64,000 bases of DNA. Source: the human T2T-CHM13v2.0 reference genome, Homo sapiens. How positions within the stretch are numbered: position 1 is the first letter of the stretch; each line of letters opens with the position of its first letter. The stretch is from NCBI RefSeq assembly GCF_009914755.1, contig NC_060930.1. The stretch is one strand, 5' to 3'. Made by a program: the position numbers and the translations under genes. The notes beneath the pieces were generated by a model, which worked only from the letters and a program-made list of their open reading frames with translations, did no database searches and was not told where the DNA came from. Below, in pieces: positions 1-11,615 of the stretch.

Positions 1-304
<304 letters not shown>

Positions 305-1020
305 TTACGATCCTAAGGGGGAAGTTTTAAGAAAAAATGTTCAAAACTTGGGACCCAGCACAAGAATGACTGTATATCCTTCACCAAAGGATTCGCTAAT
401 TATTTAAAAGTATGTCGCTTCATCTGAGTCACTAATTACCACTGATTAAGATATTTTACAACTCTGTGAGAAAAGACTTAACTTGTAGAACATTTATAGC
501 AACACAAATGATACTCATATTATGATAATGCAAACAAATTTTGTCTAGTACAGAGGAAAATGATTTGTCTGTTAGTAAAGATAGCCTCATGGTTTCACTT
601 TGATTGTCTTATTGGACATTTAGTATAAAATTTAGGAATCTTATTCCACCATTCTTTCTTTCACTGATTATAAATGTTTCCCTTATTCCTATAATCTTTT
701 GAACCAGTCTTACTATCCTGCTGGTTCCCCTAATAATAAATTAATCTATCTTTAGCATACACTCACATACACAGTGTATAACACTTGACTCTTTCTTCGT
801 TTTGGAGGTTTTTTTAAATAAAGTATGTTCCCTTATTTATTCCACATCATAAAAATCATAAGGAAAACAAGAGAGAATGAAAAATTCTAGTGAGTAACAA
901 TGGCAGGTTAGAAAGATAAGGTAAGCTTACTAGGGGTAGGAAGATACTGCATATGTAACATATGCAGTAAATGCATGAAATTAAGGGAAACCTGATGCTA
1001 GGCTGAATAACGCATTAGAG

Positions 1021-1217
1021 CAGGGGCATCCAATCTTTTGGCTTGCCTGGGCCACCCTGGAAGAAGAAGAATACACTAACACTAACGACAGCTGATGAGC
1101 TTACAAAAAAAAAAAAGCAAAAAATCTCATAATCTTTGAAGAAAGTTTACAAATTTGTGTTGGGCCATATGCAAAGCTATCCTGGGCAGCATGTGGCCCA
1201 CAGGTTAGACAAGCTTG
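1021..1217 (+). mobile_element. MER30 (hAT-Charlie DNA transposon)
   Basis: caggggcatccaatcttttgg...gttagacaagcttg. Perfect 8-bp TSD CATTAGAG at 1013-1020 and 1218-1225. Confidence 0.9.
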
Positions 1218-1399
1218 CATTAGAGAATACAATGCTGTTTTAATAAATGCTTTATTTGTGCATTCTTCTAAATCCCACAGCTTTGAAATTCTACTTACAG
1301 ATCTATGCTAACATATCTATATCAAAGAGTATCCCAGGAAAGTTTTTTGTGTTTATTTATTGATACTTATAAGACATAAGGAGGAGACAACTAAGAACC

Positions 1400-1673
1400 T
1401 CTTTTTCTTCAGGATACTGTTGTGTCTGAATTTTGTACCTGGAATAGCCATAGATTTTAGACCTTTAAAGAGAGATAGCCTGAGGTAAAAAGATGACCTA
1501 CCGAATGGAGAGGCAAAGACATAAGAAAAAATCTGAATTATTGATGAAATCACTGAGCCACTGAATGAGCCAACTCTGGACCTTTTGTTATGTGAAAGTA
1601 GCCTTCCTTATGGTTTAAACACATTTGTAGTTGTGCTTCCCATTACTTGCACTGGAAAAAGCATAAGAGATAC
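1400..1673 (+). mobile_element. Degraded MaLR/ERVL LTR (MLT1-like) 3' part
   Basis: actgagccactgaat...ccttatggtttaaac...ttacttgcac...gataca resembles an MLT1 3' end. Boundaries approximate. Confidence 0.45.
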
Positions 1674-2547
1674 AACTTCTGCCACACCTCCAAGTCAGCC
1701 CTGAAGCTTTTTGCTGCAGTCTCTAAAGAAAGATCTCTACATATACTTGTTTTATAAAGTTCAAAGGTTAAATCCTTATCCTATATCTCTATATACCTGG
1801 ATTCCTAGCCTTGCCTTTCCCAAGACATAAAACCTTTGATAATTTACTTAGGTTCACCTGACTTCAGTTCCTTCACCTACAGAATGATGTAAATACATAT
1901 TCCAAAGGCATTTTGGGAGAATTAAGTGAAATGACATATTTTAAATGCTTGGGATCAGACAGAAGGAGTCAGAGAATTATTTTTTAAGTATCCAGTAAGT
2001 CTGACCTAACATGGATAAAAATTACACACTCAAAACATAACTTTTGAATAGTCAAAATTGCCACCCTACTTTCCTATTTAATCTCCAACTCTTAAATAAC
2101 TGAGGTGGGAGGAACATACAGAAATACATAACCAGCTTGATGAAGTTTGTAAAACTGTCCTATTTAATTTTATTCTCATAAACCTAGAAAAAGCAAGCCA
2201 GCGTCTTTTTAATCAGCATGGCTAGGTGGAGACTTCATGATGCTGTGAGCATTTCTAAGTTGTCATATGCTCTAAATTTAGAAAATGTTCACTTTTCATT
2301 GAAAAATACATCTCAGCCAATAATTTCCTCTTTGGTGAGGGAGTAGAGGTCTTTACAACATACCACTCTTGGCAGAAACTAGGTTGGAAAACTAACATTC
2401 TTCCAAGATTTTAAAGCATCTTTTATATGTAATGATAATCTAATATATAATCATAACTCCATATTTTTCACATTAATTATAAGAGATAATTAATATCATA
2501 TATATTTTTAATAATTCCTAGTTACCTACCTTTTCTTGTTTGCTCGG

Positions 2548-2602
2548 TTTTTTTTTGTTTTTTTTTGTTTTTTTTTGTTTTGTGTGTGTGTGTGTGTGTA
2601 TG
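2548..2602. repeat. Poly-T/(GT9)n run followed by (TG)n microsatellite
   Basis: Direct reading of the sequence. Confidence 0.9.
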
Positions 2603-3774
2603 TATTTCCCTGGCATTCTTCTTGTGTTTGAAAGATAATAAGCTTTTAAACTGAGATAGTACCTACCTATCTTGAGTCAAGTTTATTTTTGGAGAGGAGA
2701 AGTATAAGGTCATAACTGTATTTTCGGTCACACTCCTACCAGGGAAAAGAAATTTTGAGTCTTTGGACTATGTATTGATTTTAAGGTATATGTTAAAGGT
2801 GACTATATAGTCTTTGAAATTGCTGTGTGTTCCTATCTTAATTCATCTAGGAGGTTGGAAGTTCTCTAGCACTGACACCTATATTCATTTTTATTTCCTT
2901 TTTTTTAATACTAGGCTATTCTTTTCCCCTGAAATATATTAGGACATATCTAACTTAGATGCATTATGTACCTGAAATATCAGGAAAAAATTCCAGTCTC
3001 AGCATGCCATTTCTGTCCACTGTAATTTAGACATTTTTCATGTTGCATTTATGTCTGCGAGGGTAATAGTCCTTACATTAAAAACCAGCCTTCATTAAGT
3101 GGCTTACCCTTCAAGTAGTCCATTACAGCCTTTCACTCTCTCACCTTGCACTGCTTCCAACTCCCACTGTTTTTAATAAGCAACTCAAATGTGGCAAACT
3201 ATCTTCTCTGTGCAGAGGGCAAAAGCATCAATAGACAGATGATAACATGGTTTGGAAGAGCACATTGAAATAAGCCCATAATTCTCATCCTAAAATACCT
3301 CACTGCAAACAAAGACTTAAAATTATTTTCAAACCCTAGACTTTAGTCTGATTCCTTTCGTCCATGATTTTTTCTTTTACCATACATGCTCTAATGAGAC
3401 AGCAGATAATATATGTGTTTCTAAAGGTTTGCTTAAACAGACACGCAGCAAGTGTTTATCAAATAACTAAAAATAACATACACATAAATCAAAGGAAGGG
3501 CAAAGCGTCTCCCCAAGGGATGAGAATATCATAGAGAAAATCCTGAAGCTTGGCAGCAATTCCAAACAACAGTGAGTCTCAGATTCCATTTCCCACAAAG
3601 GGTAAGAAACAGTCATTTAAAGCTTTCAAATTGTGGAAAGAAGTATTTTAAATGAAGTAGTAGAAGATCATTCTGGATTAAATCAAATAAATTATATAGC
3701 TCATTATATAGTGGATTTAAATAAATGCCCATGCCCAAGTCAAGGAAATTTGTCAACTCAACTGCAGTGATGAA

Positions 3775-4030
3775 GCACGGTGGTACTGGAACAAGAGTAA
3801 CTTTTATATTAGACAGACAGATTTAAGTTCCAATTCTGTCCCTGGGTGACAATTATTCTATCACTCTCTGCCATGTTTTGTCTCTGGTAGATATGCTGTT
3901 AAGATATTCACTCCACTTATCTCCGAAATATCACCAATTTTATAAGGCTCTTGTGAAGATTAGAAGATACATGTCATGTCCCTGGTATAGTAAAACTCAG
4001 TAAGTGACCAGTAAGTGGTAGCTAATAGTA
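3775..4030 (+). mobile_element. MIR relic
   Basis: ctgggtgac...ctctctg...cttgtgaagattag...cctggtatagtaaaactcagtaa resembles the MIR core and tail. Confidence 0.55.
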
Positions 4031-6239
4031 GTAAGTACTTTCATCTCAGAGATGCTTTTCTAAAAGTGCTTGAGTCTGCAACATCATTGTTTTCAAACTA
4101 CCCTTTGGAGCCATATGTCTCTACGTGTTTTTCAGAGAAGCCATCTTGATGGAGCCAGGGTGGTATAGAGAAAGGGGTAGATGGTGAGAATGTAGGGGAT
4201 TATAAAACAGATAAGTTCCAGGACCATTCATTCCTTGTCATTGATTTTAAATATTAAAGTGATAGAAAATATTATTTTTTAAAAAAGAATTCTATTACTT
4301 AAAAAAAAATCTGAAAATCATTGAATGACGCATAACCTTCCAGCTTTAAACATCTGAAGTTTTCACGCTCCTTAGAATCTAACACCTATATCCAGTACTT
4401 TTTGAGGTTTTCCCATCTACGTTAATGGCCTCATGTTAAGCCCTTCCTCTCCCCACTACCACCAAATCTCTCAGTTCCCCTTAGGACAACTGCACATGTT
4501 CACACACACTCTCTTTGGTTGTGTTAACAGACAATGCTAAGTAGATGACAAAAAGAAAGTAAACCAACATTTTGGCCTGATTTTCTCAATCTCGTAATAC
4601 AAAACTAGCGATAATATTGCAAGCTAATATTCATTGCCAATACTACATGCACAGAACTTTATTCTACCAATCTCTGCCATGTTTTGTCTCTGGAAGATAC
4701 ACTGTCAAATAATTCTGTTAATTCAGCTGTGTGAGATTTTTGACAGTTATGGCTTTGTAAAAAACTATGCTTTTTTATTAATCATCTATAATAGGGGGAT
4801 GAAAATATTAGTCAAAGTGATCCACTACTTTTAGTAACTGATCACTGTTCCCAGAGAGAAAGAAAGCCTAAGTCAACATAACTTCCTTGAAATTTTTTCT
4901 CAGATGTATTAAAATGTGTTCCATGGCATATATAATATTATTTTAATAAATTATTACTAAATTAAATAAATTATTACTAAATCTTCTCTTATAAAACTAA
5001 GAGACTCATATCATTACTTAGGAAACTTAGCTGAAATCATGTTACCTATAACTTTTATTGTATGCATCAAATTATGGACACCCATGTCTTATTTAATTTT
5101 CACTTCATCACAGTATCAGAAGAAAGCCAGGTACAAAATCATGTGACCCATGCATGCTCCCCACTGAATAAAAAAACACACCAAATCTCTCCAAATAAAT
5201 AATTGAAAAATGGTCCTGGAATTATCTGTTTTATAATCCCCTACATTCTCACCCCTACCCCTTTCTGTATACCACCTGGCTCCATCAAGGTGGCTCCTCA
5301 GAAAAACACTTAGAGACATATGGCCTTAAACTACTGAATCAGACCTCACTAAGTTTTATAAGGGAGGAGGAATGGTTCCTTACTTCAATCTTCAGAGTAA
5401 TTTAACAACAAAGGGCTTTCATTTTTTACTATATATACAGTGTGTGCATTTTAAATAAAGAACTCTGTACAGTTATTTTCATTATTATCAGTGAAAACAC
5501 TAGACTGAAGGTGGGATACAATTCAGTCATAATTTTAAATACTATCAAATAAGTTCTCTAGAGACTCTAAACTAAAATTCAATTAGCTATTTTGCAAAAA
5601 CCTGTTAAAAATAAAAAGCAGTTATAATTACAGTCAAAGATAAATGTATTGAGATGTCAGTCACAATCCCTACTCTCAGATCTAGGAGAGAACATATAGT
5701 AAAATGGTCAAATAAATTTATTTCATGAGGTCATAAGCATAAAAAAATTGACAAACAATGTCAAGAACACACATGTCTTTGAGATCAAAGAATGATTTCT
5801 AGTTCTATGCAACAGCTCTTATTCTCTGTGGGTTCTGAAAATATATATACAATAGACTTTTGAGGGACAGAAGATCGGAATTTGACAAGCAAAAGTCAAA
5901 AACAAAAAGAAAGAAATATGAAAAGAGAACACTTTTTTGATAGAATTAACAACATTTAAGTGTATCCAATATAGATAGGTAATATTTATAAAGACTAAGG
6001 TCAAATCTTAATAATTATGTAAGGGTCTAATTACATAAAAATCTCAACTCAATATAATGTTTGGTAAATGGGGTATTTTTGAATTCAATTAATTTTCTAA
6101 CAAGAGGAAAAACATCTTGTTTAATTCTTGACAAAAATATTTTAAAACTTACATTACAGAAGTTGACATTTTTGTCTAAGAAAAATAATTTTTTTTGAGA
6201 AATAAAACACAAAAAAATATGGTCTATGTTCATAAGGAC

Positions 6240-6538
6240 TTTTTTTTTTTTTTTTTTTTAAGACAGAGTCTCACTCTGTTACCCAGGCTGCAGTGCAGTG
6301 GCCTGATCTCGGCTCACTGCAACCTCCGCCTCCCAGTTCAAGCAATTCTCCTTCCTCAGCCTCCTGAGTAGCTGGGATTACAGGCAGCTGCCACCATGCC
6401 TGACTAATTTTTCTATTTTTAGTAGAGACGGGGTTTCACCATGTTGCTCAGGCTGGTCTCGAACTCCTAACCTCGTGATCCGCCCGCCTCGGTCTTCCAA
6501 AGTGCTGGGATTACAGGCGTGAGCCACCACGCCCGGCT
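6240..6538 (-). mobile_element. AluS (Sg-like), full length
   Basis: Poly-T plus reverse-complement Alu. TSD gttcataaggac on both sides. Confidence 0.95.
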
Positions 6539-6969
6539 GTTCATAAGGACCTTATAGTCTAATGGACAGAAGGACATATAAGAAATATACTATAAAAATA
6601 GCTACAATTTAAGTAGTACATAGTACAGTGGGCCGCATCTTCTGATATGAGGATAGAAGAAACAGAGTTTCAAGCCAGTCAGGAAAATCTTCTCAAAGCA
6701 GGTAGAACGTGAGAAGACACAGTAAAAATGGGTAAGAGATTAACGAATGGATAAGCAGACAAAGAAATATTTCAGCAGAGGGAAAAGAACAATACAAGGC
6801 CCACACAAAGATATCAGCGAACACAGTATTTATTTAGTAGGGAGGAGAGAATCCAGTATGGTAAGAAAACTAGAAGTTTGGACCCATTTGAGGATATCTA
6901 TTTTATATCTTTTGTTCTAATCCATGACATTTTATTTATTATTTTAGTTTCCCAGCCTTGTGTGCATTG

Positions 6970-7770
6970 GTTTTTATTTTTTTCAATTTACATTGACATA
7001 TCAGATACATAAAGAAAAGTACACAACTCATCATTGCACACAGCTCAATGACTTTTTACAGATTTCAGCACACCTCAAACTGTAAAACGCCATCCAGATT
7101 AAGAAATAGAATATCATCACCAGCATCTGGAAGACTCCTTCATGCCACCTGACAAGCACTAACCATCATTACCCAAACCCTCCTTCAAGTAAATAATATG
7201 CTGATTTCTAATATCATTGATTAGTTTTGCCTGTTTCTGAAACTTACATAATTTATATAAATGTATATAATACATACTCTCTTGCATCTGGTTTCTCTCC
7301 CTTAAGATTGTGTTTGCGAAATTCATTCATGTTATTGTATAAAGCAATGGTTCTTTCATTTATTTGCAGTACAATATTTCACTTTATGAATATGCCACCA
7401 TTTATTTATACATTGCACTGCTGACAGACATTTGGGTTGTTTTTAGCTTGGAACTATTATGAATGCTGATGCTATCAACATTCTTGCACATGTCTTTTGG
7501 TGAACATGCATACTCAGTCCTGCTGGGCTTATACCCAAGAATGGATTTGCTGGTCACAAGGTTGTACAGATTTATGCTCCAACAGTAGTATTAGAGGGTT
7601 TTACTTATTCTACATTCTTACCAACACTTGGAATTAAAATTTTCATTTTTCCACTGATTGTACAGTAGTTTCTCACTGTGTTTTAAATATGCATTTCTTT
7701 GATGACTGAGTTAAGTAGGTGTTCATAATTTCATATGATTTGGGGACACTAGAACTGTCTTATGAAGTAC
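6970..7770 (-). mobile_element. Old L1 (L1ME/L1MC-type) 3' fragment
   Basis: Typical antisense L1M 3' text (ttagttttgcctgtttctgaaactt, gacatttgggttgttt, gtcttttggtgaacatgcatac, ttttaaatatgcatttctttgatgact). Confidence 0.8.
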
Positions 7771-9842
7771 TCATTCTTCTGCATGCTATTTTTTATTCTA
7801 TTTGGCAGACCTTTCAGTCATCATCATTGTAATCTGACCAAACTAGTATGTGGAACTGTGTAGTAAGTAGTAAGTAGGAACTGCTACAGAACATTTTAAG
7901 CAATGATTGATGGTACTGTATCTCCTCATGAATAGAAACAATTTTTTTTATTATTCTCTACTATCTATCTTCAGTCTTCTTTCATTCTAATCTATTTATT
8001 CATCCTTTTTTCTCTCACTCTTGGCTTTCAGTCCAAAAAGTTAATAAACAGAAGCCAGTTAATAGCACCAAGTATCACACAGTTCAATAACAAGTTAGGT
8101 TTGGAGAGCCAGCTTTTATAGAGTTCCCAAACATTTGGGGTTTTTTGTTTGTTTTGTTTTTGTTTGTGTTTTTAAAGTACATAAAGAAAATAAGCATGCT
8201 TGCTAATTTATGTGACAATAAAAAGATCATAACATTTTAGCATGAAAAATCTAAATGTCTCCTTTACACCAATTTATGAGCAAGGAATATTCAGTCAGCA
8301 CTTTAAAGGAATATCAGAAGGAAAATGAAAAAAATAGTATCTATTATAAAAAGAGATGACTAAAAGAATAACATACATGAGTGCTTTCTCTCACCTCTCT
8401 GAAGACTAAACACTGTTTCATTCGGCAAAGTGGCCGTGACCTTTTTCCCTCCTCTGCATGATTAATTACTTAATGTCCTATTAATTGGAAGATATGGCTG
8501 AATTTCAAATGCTTTCATTTTCTGTGCATATCATCCTGTACTGTAACCACCGATTAAGCTGTTCATCAAAGGTGAGCCAACAAGGTCATCTGAGCAGTAA
8601 TTCTTCAACTATTCATTACCCACCATCAATGGTAATTAGCAATGGTAACATTTCCATAAATCAACATCTTTCTTATTATTCTATGATGATAAACATTCAA
8701 AATGTGTGCATCCCAGCCCACCCACATCCTTTAATTTTATATGAAAAGTTTAGTCTAAATATACCACAGAGAAAATTCAGGTGAAAAATTACAGTAGTTT
8801 AATTAAAATGCACCAGGAAAATAAGGTTACATACCTTTGAAAGAAAAAATACAAATCTACGCACAAAATTAAATGAGTCTGCTGACAAAGTAGGGGTCAA
8901 ATATAAGAAACAAAGAGTGTCAACCACACAGTTCCAGTTTTCCCTCTGCAAAGGAAATTATGGCTCAGTTCAGCCTCAAAAATAACCATTTCCTACTCAA
9001 TCACGGAGAGTGACAATTCAGAGTAAAAAGCAAATTTAATTCATTCTATTATAAAAGTACACATCACGGGGGAACCAACACAAAATTTTTCAAGGAAATA
9101 TTTACCATATTCATTTACAAACTAAAAATTACATTTAGAAATGTAACTTTTAGGTTTTATTTACTTTGTGTGCTTGTGATAAATTGTTTATTGTTGATGT
9201 TTTCACTTTTTTTTTTAAATCACATTGATCAGCAAGTTCAGGGATGCTGCTGATAGAATTTTCTCTCTTCAATAAGCAGAATTAACATTTTCATTTCTAA
9301 TGGCTATGTCTAAAATTGTCATATCTAAAATTCACACTCAAGAAGGACTTACTCTTTTTGTAGAAAAATTAATTCTAAACCATTTTTAATCATAATAAAA
9401 ATACTAAATATACTTTGAAACCTAAATTATTAGTACTAAGCAATCAGCACATTAATTATATTATATATTATAATAGCATAATGATAATATATTATATATA
9501 CATAACTATATATAATATATAATTATGTACTATTTTTGTTTCTTTCTAAATATTGGAAGGAAAAGAGTTTGTTCTCTTTCATGTTGTATTTTTAAATTCC
9601 TGTTTACATTTTAATGTCACAATTTAATGTTATTGCTAAGCATATACGCACAGAACTTGGAATTTGCTCCAGATTAATATGCAGAATTGAAAGCACAACT
9701 ATTAGTCCAATATTGTATGAAATGGTATGTAAATATTGACATCCTATGTTAATGTGTTTTTCCTAAGATGAAACATAATGCACACTGTTTTAAACAATTA
9801 TAAATTATATTATCTCCCAAAACCCAAAATCAAAGGATATAA

Positions 9843-10170
<328 letters not shown>

Positions 10171-10715
10171 GAACAGATCTGGCCCTATTTCTCTATAATT
10201 CCCACATAAAAGATCTCCATTTGATACTTTTGTCTCCACACTGCCTCCCCTCAGAGTCACTGGCATGCTCATGACCACTGGGAGAAAGACACAACCTCTC
10301 TCCTTACAATGTAATAAAATTCTTTCCCTTCAGTCTGATTCGATCCAACATATACAATTTAATTGAATAACTACGAAAAGAGCTGATCCCACATTTGAGA
10401 ATTTTTTGGAAAGGATTTTTTTTTGTTTATTCTGTTTTTTCTTTTATTTTTTGATTTTTGGTTTGTCACTTGGGTTTTTATTAAATAGAAAAAAACACTA
10501 ATACTTATCTTTTTTTTTTCAAAGACAACAAGGAATACAGAATTACAGAAAGTTATTAAGGGAAAGGCAAAGAATAAGGCTCTTAGAAGTGATCCAGTAG
10601 CACAATAATTTAGCTTATTATAACCATTAAATTATTGTTGTTACACTTTAAATAAGAAAATCATAGATACTGCAAAACTATTCCCCCAACACTGACTAAA
10701 CAGAGTGACTCTCAC

Positions 10716-10838
10716 CTTGGGGCATCTCGGGTGGTAGATAATGAGGCTCTTGAGCACTAACATGCACCCATTCAAAGTCATCATACAGATCCTGGTGGTA
10801 ATCACAGGCCCCTGGACCATCATCAAAAGTACAGCCAC
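10716..10838 (-). CDS. PTPRK: PTPRK coding exon 2 (123 nt, phase 1-1), N-terminal part of the MAM domain
   Basis: Minus strand reads cttttctcctag|GT GGC TGT ACT TTT GAT ... ATG CCC CAA G|gtgaga. This translates to (G)GCTFDDGPGACDYHQDLYDDFEWVHVSAQEPHYLPPEMPQ(G), which I recognise as RPTP-kappa just after the signal peptide. Canonical AG at 10839-10840 and GT at 10714-10715. Confidence 0.97.
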
Positions 10839-11135
10839 CTAGGAGAAAAGAAGACTACTGTTACATTCTAAACAGATTTTCCAAACATAACGAAAGTTCT
10901 GGAGAAGGAAATGTTATATTGATATATATAATGTTACTCACAATCTTAATAATAAATGGTACTCCTGTTTATCACTATTCTCTTTAAATTTTCACAGAAA
11001 AATAAATGTCTATCAGTACTTTCTGTTTGAAAAAGAAGCCCATTTGAGACCCAGAAGGAAGACTGAGGCACAGATTTTGAATTATTAAAAATAATAGATA
11101 CATGCATAAGTCAGGCTTTCTTGAAATATACAAAG

Positions 11136-11615
11136 TGTTAGTGGTAGAGGATCTTGACTGCAAGTTGTCCAGGTTCTTGGCGTCTTGAACAAAGAATTGG
11201 ACAAAATCCACACCAAAGCGAGGAAAGAATGAAGTAACGAAAGCAGAGATTTACTGAAAATGAAAGTACACTCCACACTGTGGGAGTGCGCGAGCAGCAG
11301 CTCAAGGGAACAGTACGGAATCTTCTCAGGTCCAAATACCTCCCTAGAGGTTTCCGATTGGCCACTTGGTGTTCACCTCATGTAAATGAAGTGGTGGCCC
11401 GCAATCAACATTTTACAGTACTTTCTGCAACCAATCAGAGGTACTTTCAATTTTCCATCACCACTCAGAAAACAAGGAAGTTTGCAAAGGGAGTACGCTG
11501 TGGTCCTTCTGTTACTAAGGCCTGGAAAGTTGGGGTTTTCCTTTCTATTTAGTTCTAGGACGTCAGGTGAATCAGCCTTAGGTTCCCTGCCTCCGGACCC
11601 TATTCTCCTGCCTCA
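11136..11615 (-). mobile_element. MER51-family ERV1 solo LTR, same orientation as PTPRK
   Basis: Minus strand begins TGAGGCAGGAGAATAGGGTCCGGAGGCAGGGAACCTAAGG and ends ...CACTAACA (TG...CA). Flanks caaag/caaac. Confidence 0.88.

Noticed and set aside
4945-4982. 20-bp-period AT-rich tandem duplication
   Set aside because: Ordinary slippage in low-complexity DNA.
10641-10838. 65-aa minus-strand ORF (MAVLLMMVQ...) over exon 2
   Set aside because: It is an alternative frame of the real exon that runs into the intron and starts at GTG. An open 41-codon frame is not unusual by chance.
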